DNA from: Octopus bimaculoides | Lineage: Eukaryota | DNA length: 39,976 nucleotides | Direction: 5' to 3' | Assembly (NCBI RefSeq): GCF_001194135.2 | Contig: NC_069000.1 | Location: forward strand, 23,821,855 to 23,861,830 | Shown: in pieces, positions 24,929 to 35,200 of the stretch | Numbering within the stretch: the first letter of the stretch is position 1 | Layout of the letters: each line of letters starts with the position of its first letter | Made by a program: the position numbers and the translations under genes | Notes under the pieces: generated by a model | The model's database searches: none | What the model was told of the DNA's origin: nothing | What the model saw: the letters and a program-made list of their open reading frames with translations, nothing else

Positions 24929-25665
24929 NNNNNNNNNNNNNNNNNNNNNNNNNNNNNNNNNNNNNNNNNNNNNNNNNNNNNNNNNNNNNNNNNNNNNNNN
25001 NNNNNNNNNNNNNNNNNNNNNNNNNNNNNNNNNNNNNNNNNNNNNNNNNNNNNNNNNNNNNNNNNNNNNNNNNNNNNNNNNNNNNNNNNNNNNNNNNNNN
25101 NNNNNNNNNNNNNNNNNNNNNNNNNNNNNNNNNNNNNNNNNNNNNNNNNNNNNNNNNNNNNNNNNNNNNNNNNNNNNNNNNNNNNNNNNNNNNNNNNNNN
25201 NNNNNNNNNNNNNNNNNNNNNNNNNNNNNNNNNNNNNNNNNNNNNNNNNNNNNNNNNNNNNNNNNNNNNNNNNNNNNNNNNNNNNNNNNNNNNNNNNNNN
25301 NNNNNNNNNNNNNNNNNNNNNNNNNNNNNNNNNNNNNNNNNNNNNNNNNNNNNNNNNNNNNNNNNNNNNNNNNNNNNNNNNNNNNNNNNNNNNNNNNNNN
25401 NNNNNNNNNNNNNNNNNNNNNNNNNNNNNNNNNNNNNNNNNNNNNNNNNNNNNNNNNNNNNNNNNNNNNNNNNNNNNNNNNNNNNNNNNNNNNNNNNNNN
25501 NNNNNNNNNNNNNNNNNNNNNNNNNNNNNNNNNNNNNNNNNNNNNNNNNNNNNNNNNNNNNNNNNNNNNNNNNNNNNNNNNNNNNNNNNNNNNNNNNNNN
25601 NNNNNNNNNNNNNNNNNNNNNNNNNNNNNNNNNNNNNNNNNNNNNNNNNNNNNNNNNNNNNNNNN
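24929..25665. other. Assembly gap (737 N)
   Basis: N run. Confidence 1.
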
Positions 25666-25694
25666 AGACAGATTCTCATTTTTATATATATAGA
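25666..25694 (-). mobile_element. Second Helitron-like 5-prime end, running into the gap
   Basis: agacagattctcatttttatatatataga is the reverse complement of tctatatatataaaaatgagaatctgtct. Confidence 0.7.
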
Positions 25695-25699
25695 TATTG

Positions 25700-26166
25700 T
25701 AATTTATCTACTGTTATGTCTTCAAGCATTTGAGGGAGGGCATTCGGCGAAAGCAACCGGATCTATGGAGTGCAAAGAATTGGATTCTTCATGATGACAA
25801 TGAACCCTGTCACCAAGCTCTCCTCACTCACGGGTTTCTCACCAAAAACAACATGGTATTGCTTCTGCACCTACCCTATTTGCCAGATTTAGCACCTGCG
25901 GACTTCCATCTCTTCCCCAAGATGAAAATGTAGCTCAAAGGTCATCATTTTAACACTATTGTAAAAATCCAGAGCAAATCACAGAAGGTTCTCGACTCGC
26001 TTACGGAAAACAATTTCCAGGCTGGATTCCAAAAGTGACAGGATCGCTGGGACCAGTATATTGCTGCGTAAGGTGACTATTTCAAAGATGACGTTAAAAC
26101 TTGGGCAAATAAGTTTTTTTTTTATTACACATAACTAGTCCTGGAGCCTATTGATACCACCTCATA
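25700..26166 (+). mobile_element. Mariner transposase pseudogene, C-terminal half with 3-prime TIR
   Basis: LREGIRRKQPDLWSAKNWILHDDNEPCH..HLPYLPDLAPADFHLFPKMKM* carries the second and third catalytic Asp and a YSPDLAPxD-like motif. It ends ctagtcctggagcctattgataccacctcata (TA). Confidence 0.9.
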
Positions 26167-26347
26167 CTTGTCAGTTTAAATAATGTGAACTTTTATATTA
26201 TTTATATCATAAAATTACTTGTGTTGGTGTTCACCTAGGATAAGTTAAACTGAAGCATTGCAAATCGAAACTGATCATGCTCAGTATTCACAGGTATCCA
26301 ACACAGATCATCAATACATTATACCAAATAATATAAGGAACTTTAAA

Positions 26348-26530
26348 GGCAGTGAGCTGGCATAAACGTTAGCTCGCCAGGCAAAATGCTTAGTAGTATT
26401 TCGTCTGTCTTTACGTTCTGAGTTCAAATTCTGCCAAGGTTGACTTTGCCTTTCATCCTTTTGGGGTCAATAAATTAAGTACCAGTTGTGTACTGGGGTC
26501 AATCTAATTGACTGGCTCCCTCCCCCAATT
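26348..26530 (+). mobile_element. Family B SINE
   Basis: ggcagtgagctggcataaacgttagc..gttctgagttcaaattctgcc..ctttcatccttttggggtc. Confidence 0.88.
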
Positions 26531-26662
26531 CCTCATCTCTTAAATATAGAACTGTATAGAGATATACTATTGACAATCCAATAATTTATTTATATTACAA
26601 TATTATATTAAATATTATGAATATAATATAACATAACATAATATTTATATAACATAAATAAT

Positions 26663-26786
26663 TATTCTGTTGTGTCTGGAGAGAGTCATTCTCTTTTGGT
26701 GACTTATAATTTAACACACTCACCGGTGAGTGTGTTAAATTATAAGGCACCAAAAGAGAATGACTCTCCCCAGACACAACAAAATA
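26663..26786. repeat. 124-bp loopless palindrome (62-bp arms, 3 mismatches)
   Basis: Centre cacc|ggtg at 26724/26725. Base-by-base check: mismatched pairs only at 26667/26782, 26680/26769 and 26702/26747. Confidence 0.97.
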
Positions 26787-27149
26787 TGCTTCAACACACG
26801 AACTTACATAAAGAATCTTGCAAACCAAATCCAAAAATGAAATAAATAATTATAAAAACCATAAAAGGCCAACAAACTGTTTCGACTTACATTTTTTCTG
26901 ATATACATAATCACAGTTCCATTATATATAAAGTCACTTCAGGGTCATGATTTAGACGATTATTATTAGTTAATTTAAACAACAATTTTTTGCAGTTATA
27001 TATAGGTGAAGACTTGGATAATTATATACATTTTCAAAACTGTGTGTGTGTGTCTTGATGTTGTATACTGGATTCCCCATGGACTTATAATGGAATCCAC
27101 AACCAGCAAGAACAAGGAAGGGACAGTATACATCTCTGATATAACTTTG

Positions 27150-28576
27150 TGATGAAGTCAAACCATTTTTATACTCCTATTGTTGGTTCTGATGCAGCAA
27201 TGTGCCCTTTGGACTGAATAACCTACAAGATACCATTGCTGTAAGACTGTGGAAGATGTTTGGCCACACGCTATGCATATGCACAAAGAGATTCCTAAGT
27301 GGAAACCAGTGATGGCAGGGTATAGGAGGCAAGGTATAATGGCCAAGATCTGGTTGAAGACTGTGGAGAAGGATCTGGCAGATATGAGTCTGGCCAGGGG
27401 CAGATAGACGACAAGGCTTTCAACTATGCTAAGTGGAAATCTTTCATTGACATATGCATGTATATCCAGTGCGATTATAAGAAACTGTTCAATGAGAAAA
27501 AAACATGAGAGAGTGTAAATCTACCCAATAGAAGAACCAACCAACCAAGTTGATAGCAGTATGGTAAATAGAGCAATTAATTCTATGAAGGTAGTTGGAC
27601 TTCAGATATTGTCTTTGATATGCTGAAGATATTTAACGAAGTGGCTCATGCATTAGTTATGTGCTTAGTCAATCAGGTTGAACTAGAAAGTGTATACCTA
27701 GTGACTAGTGAAGCAGCAGCATCAACTGGTATTAGAGCAAAGGAAATGCATTAAAGAAAGGCAACTACAGAGGCATCATATAAAAGTTACTGAAACAATT
27801 GCTACAGATACCCTCTTTGCAAGACAACTGAAAGAAGTACTTAGCTAGGAAGAAACCCCTACACTTAGAATTACAAGTAGATAAATGGTTTGTGTGAGCT
27901 GCAAAAGCCATGAATACAAATGTGGTTAGCAGTGAATTCAATGATAAGTTTAGTATGCATGTAGAGGTTCACCAGGACTCAGTCTTCAGCCATCTTCAGG
28001 CCATGACAGAGCTTTTTAAACTAGGTTGCCTGTGGGAACTCCTGTAAGCTGATAATCTACTTCTTATAACTGAATCTGTTGAAGATCTAATTTCAGATAT
28101 GGAAGCAAAATCTAGAATGAAGAGACTTCAAAATAAACTTGTAGAAGGCTAGCATTTTAGTTACTGGGATATCATTAGGGAAAAAAATGCTATGCTTGAT
28201 AATGTAGAAAAGGAAGCAGAAATCTCATATGGTGTACCCAGTTTAAACTATAGCTACAAAAGAGATATAGAGTGATTATAGGTAGGCTAATTGGGAAGAT
28301 AGACTTCATACGTGGTAGATGCACAGGTACATCTAACAACTTAAAACAAATTCTCTCAAATGCTTGAACAACACCCAAGAAGCAATTAGCTATGGAGGTG
28401 GGTGCCCTGAAAGCATAGTAGCCAGAATAAAAACTGATTAGTAAAAGTTCAAAGAACTATTATCTCTGCTAGTAATAAAAGATTTCAGCATGATAGTAGC
28501 TCTTTAGATTGTAAACAAAATGCAATGCTGCATAACAGTAAGACATGAATGAAGAGGATTTGGAAGACTAGAAAGA
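27150..28576 (+). mobile_element. Degenerate RTE LINE fragments (a 3-prime end piece, then RT core through 3-prime end)
   Basis: Remnants read KGNAL.KGNYRGI, EVHQDSVFS (cf. VGVHQGSVLSP) and KLGCLWELL*ADNL (cf. GCPWELLYADDL). Confidence 0.8.
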
Positions 28577-28732
28577 AAAGAAGCAAGCATGATCTGCTGG
28601 GAGCACAAGTGTATTGAGAGAAAAACTAAATATAAGAGGTATCAGATGTAGTGCACGGAAACCAGACAGCAATGATCTTGCTCAGATGGTGCTGTTAGCG
28701 CTCCACTGGCACGGGTGCCTGTCATCGAATTT
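28577..28732 (+). repeat. Left arm of a 156-bp inverted repeat
   Basis: Reverse complement of 29485-29640 at 155/156 positions with no indels; the single mismatch is at 28716. Confidence 0.97.
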
Positions 28733-29484
28733 GGTTCAATTATGATTTCAATAACTTTCTGAAATCCGGTTCAGATTACATTTATAGTATTTTTGATGCA
28801 TTTAGAAAAGGGTCATTTGCCTAGCTGATACAGTTTTTGTAAGATAGTGAAGATTTGTAAAAAATATTTATTTTCAAAGTCAAAAATGCAGTAAATCTTA
28901 TTCACTGTGCCTTCCACCCCACTACCACTCATATGTTTTGCAATGAGTAACACCCAGTATTTCAAAAAGTCAAACTTCTGCTTTATGTACAATACTGCAC
29001 ATTTGTAAGTAAGAAACAGTCAGTTATATAGAAATTTATTTTATCAATTCCCAGAAAGAAGGAAGGTAAATCAACCTTGATAAAATTCGAACTCAGAACG
29101 AGTAATTAATATACAAGACATTTGACATTCTGCCGTTCTTATATCTTTCGATAATGGTTTTTCTTCAAAATAGGCTATGAACATATCCTTTCTTTTATGG
29201 ACATCTCTCCTTCCCAACAATAATTTACTTTTAACCCTTAAAGCAGCCTTTGAGTTAGAAAAAAAAAAAACCTGTTACTCAGCCCTTTTTCTTGCTGCAT
29301 GACTAAGTGACCTGCTTACATATATGAGCCAACAAAAGAGCCTCTGCATTTGGGTTTCTCAATCATATTTTACCTAAGGAACCCTTTGATTCCTATCTAT
29401 CTTAGATGGACTCTCACAGTTATGCAATGTTTAAAAAATCCTATTATATTTCTTTAATTACATATTACTAGGAATTATATAAGA

Positions 29485-29640
29485 AAATTCGATGACAGGC
29501 TCCCGTGCCAGTGGAGCGCTAACAGCACCATCTGAGCAAGATCATTGCTGTCTGGTTTCCGTGCACTACATCTGATACCTCTTATATTTAGTTTTTCTCT
29601 CAATACACTTGTGCTCCCAGCAGATCATGCTTGCTTCTTT
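29485..29640 (-). repeat. Right arm of a 156-bp inverted repeat (752-bp spacer)
   Basis: See left arm. Confidence 0.97.
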
Positions 29641-29740
29641 ATTTTGTGTATTGTATAAGTATTTCATTGTACATAAATTTTAACAATAAAACCTTATAGG
29701 CACTGCCAAGGGCCATATGGGCCCCGGTTGAGAAGCACTG
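29641..29740. mobile_element. hAT Charlie-type terminal fragment
   Basis: Ends ccggttgagaagcactg, the reverse complement of cagtgcttctcaaccgg, matching the CAGTGGTTCTCAA-type TIR of Charlie-like hATs. Confidence 0.6.
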
Positions 29741-31322
29741 TTCTACATCGTTGCTAGACTTGCTAGACATGGTTATGGCTGGGATACCTTAGATCATAGG
29801 TCAGCTGGACAGGGTCGACTTGAGGTTGAATAACCACAACACATGAGCACTTATGGGAACTTATTCACATGAATAAGAGAAAGTACTATTCTGGATAATT
29901 ACCTCCATCATAGTGGTCACTGTCGAAGGGATTCCTTTCTCATTTAGCTCATTTAGTCAAATTCACCAGGGAGAAAGGAACCTCATTATAAAACCATGAG
30001 CTTCACTGTGTACAAGAATGTCTACTAAAGAGGACAAGAAAAGAGATGCACAAAAGAATGGTGATGGCATTTGTAGAGCAGGGTAGAGGGTGGACGCAGT
30101 AGAGGAGAATAACAATGAATGATACCCTGTTATAGTTCACCCCCTAATTTCCCTGGTCTGTAAATTCAAAATAGTATTATCTTTATCTTTACAACATATT
30201 CGGTGGAAACAAAGACATATGGGGTTTTAAAAAATCCCAAAAAACCATGCCTATTACTATAACAAACACTTACTTACATTGTGTTTAAAGCACACATGCA
30301 AAAGAATAATATAAATAATACAAATGTGCAATGATGTCTTAGGCGAGTCATTACACCAATAATAACACACACAGATTCTCAAGACACAACAAAGTTTGTT
30401 TCAATACACGAATTCGTAACAAGAATCTTGCGCCCCAAACACAAAAACGATGTGCAATGATTATAATGGTAACAGAAAATAGATCTTCAGGTTAACGGAA
30501 AACAGTTTAGCAATCAAACTTGCGGAAGATTTGCGCAAGGGAAACTAGTACCACACTGTCAACAATCAAAATGTATAACCTTTTCTTAAGAAATATTATA
30601 TATATATAGTCGTATATAATCACTGAAGGAATATTTAACGAGGTTTCGAATAACAAATTAAGTACACTGCCAACTGGAACATCAATTTCCACTTAGTTTA
30701 TTGGAACGAAGACGGGAGTAAAGGAGCAAGTTAAAATTTAACTATATAATTTAATATATTACCCCCAAAATAGTAAACAGTAATGGAATCCGTTTTACAA
30801 TTGTATCTTAAAACCACAGCTACAAATTTTATATATATATAACAGTTATTAGTTAGGGATTATCAGTCCGGACAAAATACTTTATAAACTCTCTGTTAGA
30901 ACACCAGGCTAATAAGATTGTTTAGATTAGTAAAGAACTCCGCGTATTCTTGTGGCAGGGGCCGAGGTTATAGTTCATCACCATTCTATATTGTAATTCC
31001 TTAGTTATGTTCCAGTTATACTGGTTTTTACACAGATTGATTACAAGACAAGGAAAATATTTAATGACCATTATTTATGCCTTGTCATATATGTATATGT
31101 AGTACGTGTTAATACAAAAGAATGTTTGGTATGAATTTCTAGAGGAAAGGAAGTTAACGAAGTTTTATGAGTAAAGTAGGGAAAGAAGGGATATCAAAAT
31201 CAACAGGTGAGAAACAATTTTAAATTGCATTGAGGAAATGTGACGAGTTTCGAAATCTCAAGTGGGAACTTATGAGAAATACTTATGGAAATGTTAGAAA
31301 TATAATGATTAAATATACTTAC

Positions 31323-31742
31323 AATCTGATTTTTATTTTCATAAAATCGAATATAGGCCTCGAGATGATCAATGTATTTACGAGTTGTTGGACCGTCTCC
31401 CTTCACATATCTGATCAAAGTCGAATCGTAGTCAGGGTTTGGTCGAAAAGACAAACCAGGATTGCCCCGAAAAATGCTTTCTGGCCCTCTCATACTGGGA
31501 TAGTTCCAATCTAAGATATTGTAAACAGCGGCCAATAGCCCTGCTGTGAAGGAAAAGAGAACTGAATAAAATATGAAATAAAAGCCGATGAGCTTACACC
31601 ATCTGCCCGGAGTTTTGTAGAAAATTGTGCCGTCTCTTGAGTTGTGCAAGAAATTTGATAGAGATACAGAGCGATCGTGGAATGTCGTTCGGCTAGGAAC
31701 AGTGGTAACTGTGTCTACGTCTGAACTTGTACGTGACGCCAT
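31323..31742 (-). CDS. ATP1B: Na+/K+-ATPase beta subunit, coding exon 1 (140 aa: cytoplasmic tail, TM helix, start of ectodomain)
   Basis: Start context gataaaATGG (A at -3, G at +4). Contains W.KLIGFYFIFYSVL (TM, FYxxFY motif) and NPGLSFRPNPDYDSTLIRY (cf. PGL.FRP..STLI). Donor GTAAGT directly follows ..ENKNQI. Confidence 0.95.
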
Positions 31743-31758
31743 TTTATCAAGGTAAATT

Positions 31759-31879
31759 CAGGTGCGTCAATGGCGCTGTTTTACCTGACAGGTGTAATAA
31801 CACCGATCTTCCGGATTACAAGTGTACTTATTTCCTTAATCACTTATTCTGACCAGTAAAACAGAACATAACGCAGGTG
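31759..31879. promoter_or_regulatory. Cluster of three CAGGTG E-boxes upstream of the ATPase beta ATG
   Basis: CAGGTG at 31759-31764, 31789-31794 and 31874-31879. TGACG half-CRE on - at about 31765-31769. Function is inferred. Confidence 0.4.
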
Positions 31880-31989
31880 ATTGAAGTTGTTAACAAAAAT
31901 TAAAACTTAGTTCACTTTACAAAGTTGATCGACCACACGTGAAACTGTTTGAATATCCTCGCTTCTAATGACTTTAAATTCCGTTTGCT

Positions 31990-32060
31990 CCCCCCCTTCT
32001 CTCTCTCTCTCTCGTTTGTTCTTTACTCCACCCTCTCTCTTTCTCTCTCGTTTTATACCC
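31990..32060 (-). promoter_or_regulatory. Candidate core promoter: TATAAAA (- strand, 32051-32057) next to a GA-rich tract
   Basis: GGGTATAAAA on - lies about 310 bp upstream of the ATG, in a region visibly richer in CpG than the flanks. No transcript data are available. Confidence 0.35.
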
Positions 32061-32567
32061 ACCTATTAGTTATAAATGTCGTTTAAGCATTTCGTTCTCA
32101 CAAATACCAATGTACGAATTATCTTAAGATTAATCACTCCTGGTGACCTACAAAAATATCTTTATGGCGATCGCTGTGATTACATTAAAGTATCAGCTTT
32201 TAGTGTGGTTTGTGGAAATTACTCCAATTATTACAGAAAATATGACAAAAATGCATTTATTTATTAAATACACGAATGTTACTCGAGGAGATAATCTCAG
32301 CTCCTTCCCTCAGGCAACTTAATGTTTCTGTATATAAATAAATAAATAAAACTATTGTTATTATATCAGATCTGGCTTGAGTAGACCATGCTATGCTGAC
32401 GAAATCCACCGAAATGGAAATATTTAAAGTTGTTCCTTTGTCTATAAAGATCAGATTTCCTCTTAAGCATGTTAATTAATTTTATTTAATTAATTCTTAA
32501 TTTCTCGAGATTATATCTTCTTTCCTTCGAGAGAAACCAATAAGTAACGGGAAATTTCAATTAATTC

Positions 32568-32850
32568 TCTATCTTTTACTTGTTTCCATCATTAAACTAC
32601 GCCCATGCTGGGGCACAGCCTCGAAGGAGTAAGTTGAACAGTACTTTTTTTCTAAGCCTGGTACCTGTTCTGTCAGTTTCTTTAAGCTGAACTGCTAAGT
32701 TATGGGGACATAAATAAACTAGCATTGGTTGCCAAGCAGTAGTTCCATCTCACTTTGTGACACCTTGGGCAAGTATCTTCTATTATAGTCCCAGGCTGAC
32801 TAAAGCCACATGAATGTATTTGGTAGGTAGAAACTGAAGGAAGCCAGTCA
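32568..32850. mobile_element. Two family A SINE fragments in opposite orientation
   Basis: 32568-32740 is a reverse tail (tctatcttttacttgtttc..gctgaactgctaagttatgggg). 32740-32850 is a forward body (caccttgggcaagtatcttct..agaaactgaaggaagcc). Confidence 0.75.
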
Positions 32851-32879
32851 TATGTATGTGTGTTTTCTGTTTTCAATCA

Positions 32880-34236
32880 TTTAAATTTTTCCTCTGAAGA
32901 AGGACATGGTTTCTAACAATGATACAAAGCTTCATCTTTGGAATGTAGATAACAAAAACAATGTCACATTTCAAACCTGAGAAAAGTCTTGCATAGTTTT
33001 ATTGTTTCGCTTACAGATTGTATTTGTAATGTGTGAGTCAGTTGGTCGATTTCTTTTTCTGAAAACTCAAGCTTATCCAGACTGACACTTAGGTATTTAC
33101 TTACAAAACCAAGTGCTCCAATCATCATTGGTATAAGTATAAATTTGTAATCCAGATATAGAAGCTAGAGGCTTCAAAGAAGTTGTCCATAGCTATCTTC
33201 TTTTTCTTAGATTTTCAAAGAGAGATTCACATCTGCAGGACAACTGATCTCTATGATAGTACGTACATTTTATTTTTTTTTTTTGTCCCAAACAACAATA
33301 TCCAGCCTATTATATTTACATTTGACAGATGTTTTTATGGGAATGTTCCTTGTGCTGATATTTATGTATGTATTTAATAACAGGGGAGTTCTCTATATTC
33401 CAGGACAATCTTGTTTCCAAATGGCATTGTATATTGTTTTTGTAACAACATCATGTTGCATAGGGAGGTAGTACCTTGATGACATTTTTGGACCGCTGTT
33501 AATCACATGTGTGATGTCTTCCGCAGATAAATGACATAATCTACATTTTCAGTTGCATCTTGGAACTCCAAGGGCTTCACTGTCTCTTTTGTTCATTAGG
33601 TATTTAGTAACAATCTCCTGTTCTTGGATTGCAAATGCATAGCCTTCAAAGTGTGATGTGACACAGCAGTCATGAGTCTAAGAGAGGCTTCGCTTCATGT
33701 CAATGTTACTATCTTCAAGTCTTTGGGAAACATACCTGTGCATGGTCTTTTTTTTTTTTGGTATGCTGAGTGTTCCACCTCCAGGTCTTCTTTGAGGTAT
33801 GCTAGTCCAGCTGATTTGGGATTGTATGGGAGGTCATCAGAAAAAAAGTGCTTCCTGAGGAGCTCACTTCCAACACACAGGACATAGTTTTCTTTTGTTT
33901 TCACCACTGTTAATGTATTTATTTCTGCTGCTGTTGTTTAGCAAGTGCTGTCTGAGAGAGACCATGTGACATTCAAAGGCTACTTGCACTGATCTCAAGC
34001 CTTCACTTCCTTTATCTCTTCTTAGGTAGAGCCTGTCAATATCACTATTTCTGTAGAGATTTCCAGTTGATGTTAAAATCTTGTAAGTTTTAATGTCTAT
34101 GGAGTGGATTTCTTCTACAGACCAGTCAAGTATTCCAAATATTGGAATCAGCACTGGTACTACAAATGCATTGTGTGATATTGTCTTGTTGTAAGAGGGG
34201 AGTTCAGACTGCTATATTTTTCTTAGTCTGGTGTAA
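32880..34236 (-). mobile_element. 5-prime-truncated R4/Dong-like non-LTR retrotransposon (RT thumb, CCHC knuckle, restriction-like endonuclease)
   Basis: Minus-strand frames: SELPSYNKTISHNAFVVPVLIPIFGILDW, SDIDRLYLRRDKGSEGL, EGYAFAIQEQEIVTKY, KCRLCHLSAEDITHVINSGP, YNRLDIVVWDKK..IIEISCPADVN..K..EKEDSY (RLE PD..D/E-x-K type), ending CKTFLRFEM* at 32964. Several in-frame stops. Confidence 0.9.
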
Positions 34237-34365
34237 TGTATGTATAGATGGATGGATGGGCAGACAGATGGATGGATGGGCAGACAGATGGATGGATGTG
34301 TGTGTATGCATGCATGTGTGTGTGTATGTATGTATGCATATGTGTGTGCGTATGTATGCATGTTT
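34237..34365. repeat. (ATGG)n/(GT)n/(ATGT)n compound microsatellite
   Basis: Direct read; sits at the 5-prime break of the R4-like element. Confidence 0.9.
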
Positions 34366-34375
34366 GTGTTTGTCC

Positions 34376-35200
34376 CAAGGGTTGTAAAAAATTAATTGAT
34401 GCAAAATTAATTGCAATATATTGGTCCAATTAAATGATTCGAGTCATACTGCCAATTAAATAATTGATTGCTATCACATCAATTAATTGCAACATTGTCA
34501 GCAAAAGTTTTTCTTATGGCTCATATTTCATTCGATGTTCAATTGGCAAATACAGCATTCTATTATTATTTGAGGTATTGTGTTGATGCTTTGTTCTGAC
34601 TGCTGATAATGATTCACAAATTGTCGTGCTTGGGAAATGACTATTGTGTATGTTGTCGAAGTGTTGACACTTGATTAGGACTACCAAGAAAGAGTCACAC
34701 ATTCTGTCATGTTTGGGAATTGGCTATTGTATATGTTGTCAAATAATCGCTGTTGAGTGATTCTTGGTTCTGACTGCTGAAAATAAGTCATTAAATCATA
34801 ACTTCACCTGCAACGTGGTTGTATCTTGAATTCCGCTCCAACATATTAACTGAATCAGACTTTCATCAGTGGAGTGACAAAATATCTTCTGTTTTAAACT
34901 GTGGCGAAATATCTTTTTATTTTAAACTAACCTATGCTGTGTGAAAATGAGCAAATCATCAGAAAATATCTTAACCAAACAGACAGTGAACATGTATGGA
35001 AATGCATGTGTGGAAAAAAGTTGATCCAAAAGAAAGGAACTGGATGGACAAATCATATGAAAAACCAGCATCCAGAGTATTTTACTACACAAGCAACTGG
35101 ACAACCATCTTTATCGCATTTTCTTTCACCAAGAAGTAGTTTGGTCAGTCACTTGGCCTTAAATGTTTATGGTTGGATTGAGTGGGTGTTTGTTAGTTTT
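34376..35200 (+). mobile_element. 5-prime fragment of a hAT-like DNA transposon with BED-type zinc finger
   Basis: Left end caagggttgtaaa followed by repeated AATTAATTG/CAATTAA subterminal motifs. ORF 34934-35227 contains VWKCMCGKKLIQKKGTGWTN..H MKNQHPEY (degenerate BED-like C-C-H-H) and NVYGWIEWV. Confidence 0.65.

Larger units (their letters stand above)
20525..31322 (-). other. Single coding-region intron of the ATPase beta gene (10,798 bp, GT-AG, phase 0)
   Basis: Donor ATT|gtaagt at 31323/31322 and acceptor ttctag|GGT. The join YENKNQI|GENFAVC is in frame and collinear with beta-subunit sequences, giving 305 aa. Confidence 0.85.

Noticed and set aside
30520-30538. TTGCGGAA plus TTGCGCAA (C/EBP-like) pair in the intron near exon 1
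   Set aside because: Short motifs lying beside a repeat copy; insufficient alone to call an enhancer.
32903-32943. Hammerhead-like string on - in the R4-like 3-prime UTR (AAGAUGA-AGC..GUU-A-GAAAC-CAU-GUC)
   Set aside because: The invariant CUGA core is missing (AAGAUGA), stem II is weak and stem I does not close. An Infernal hammerhead search on the family consensus would be needed to revive it.
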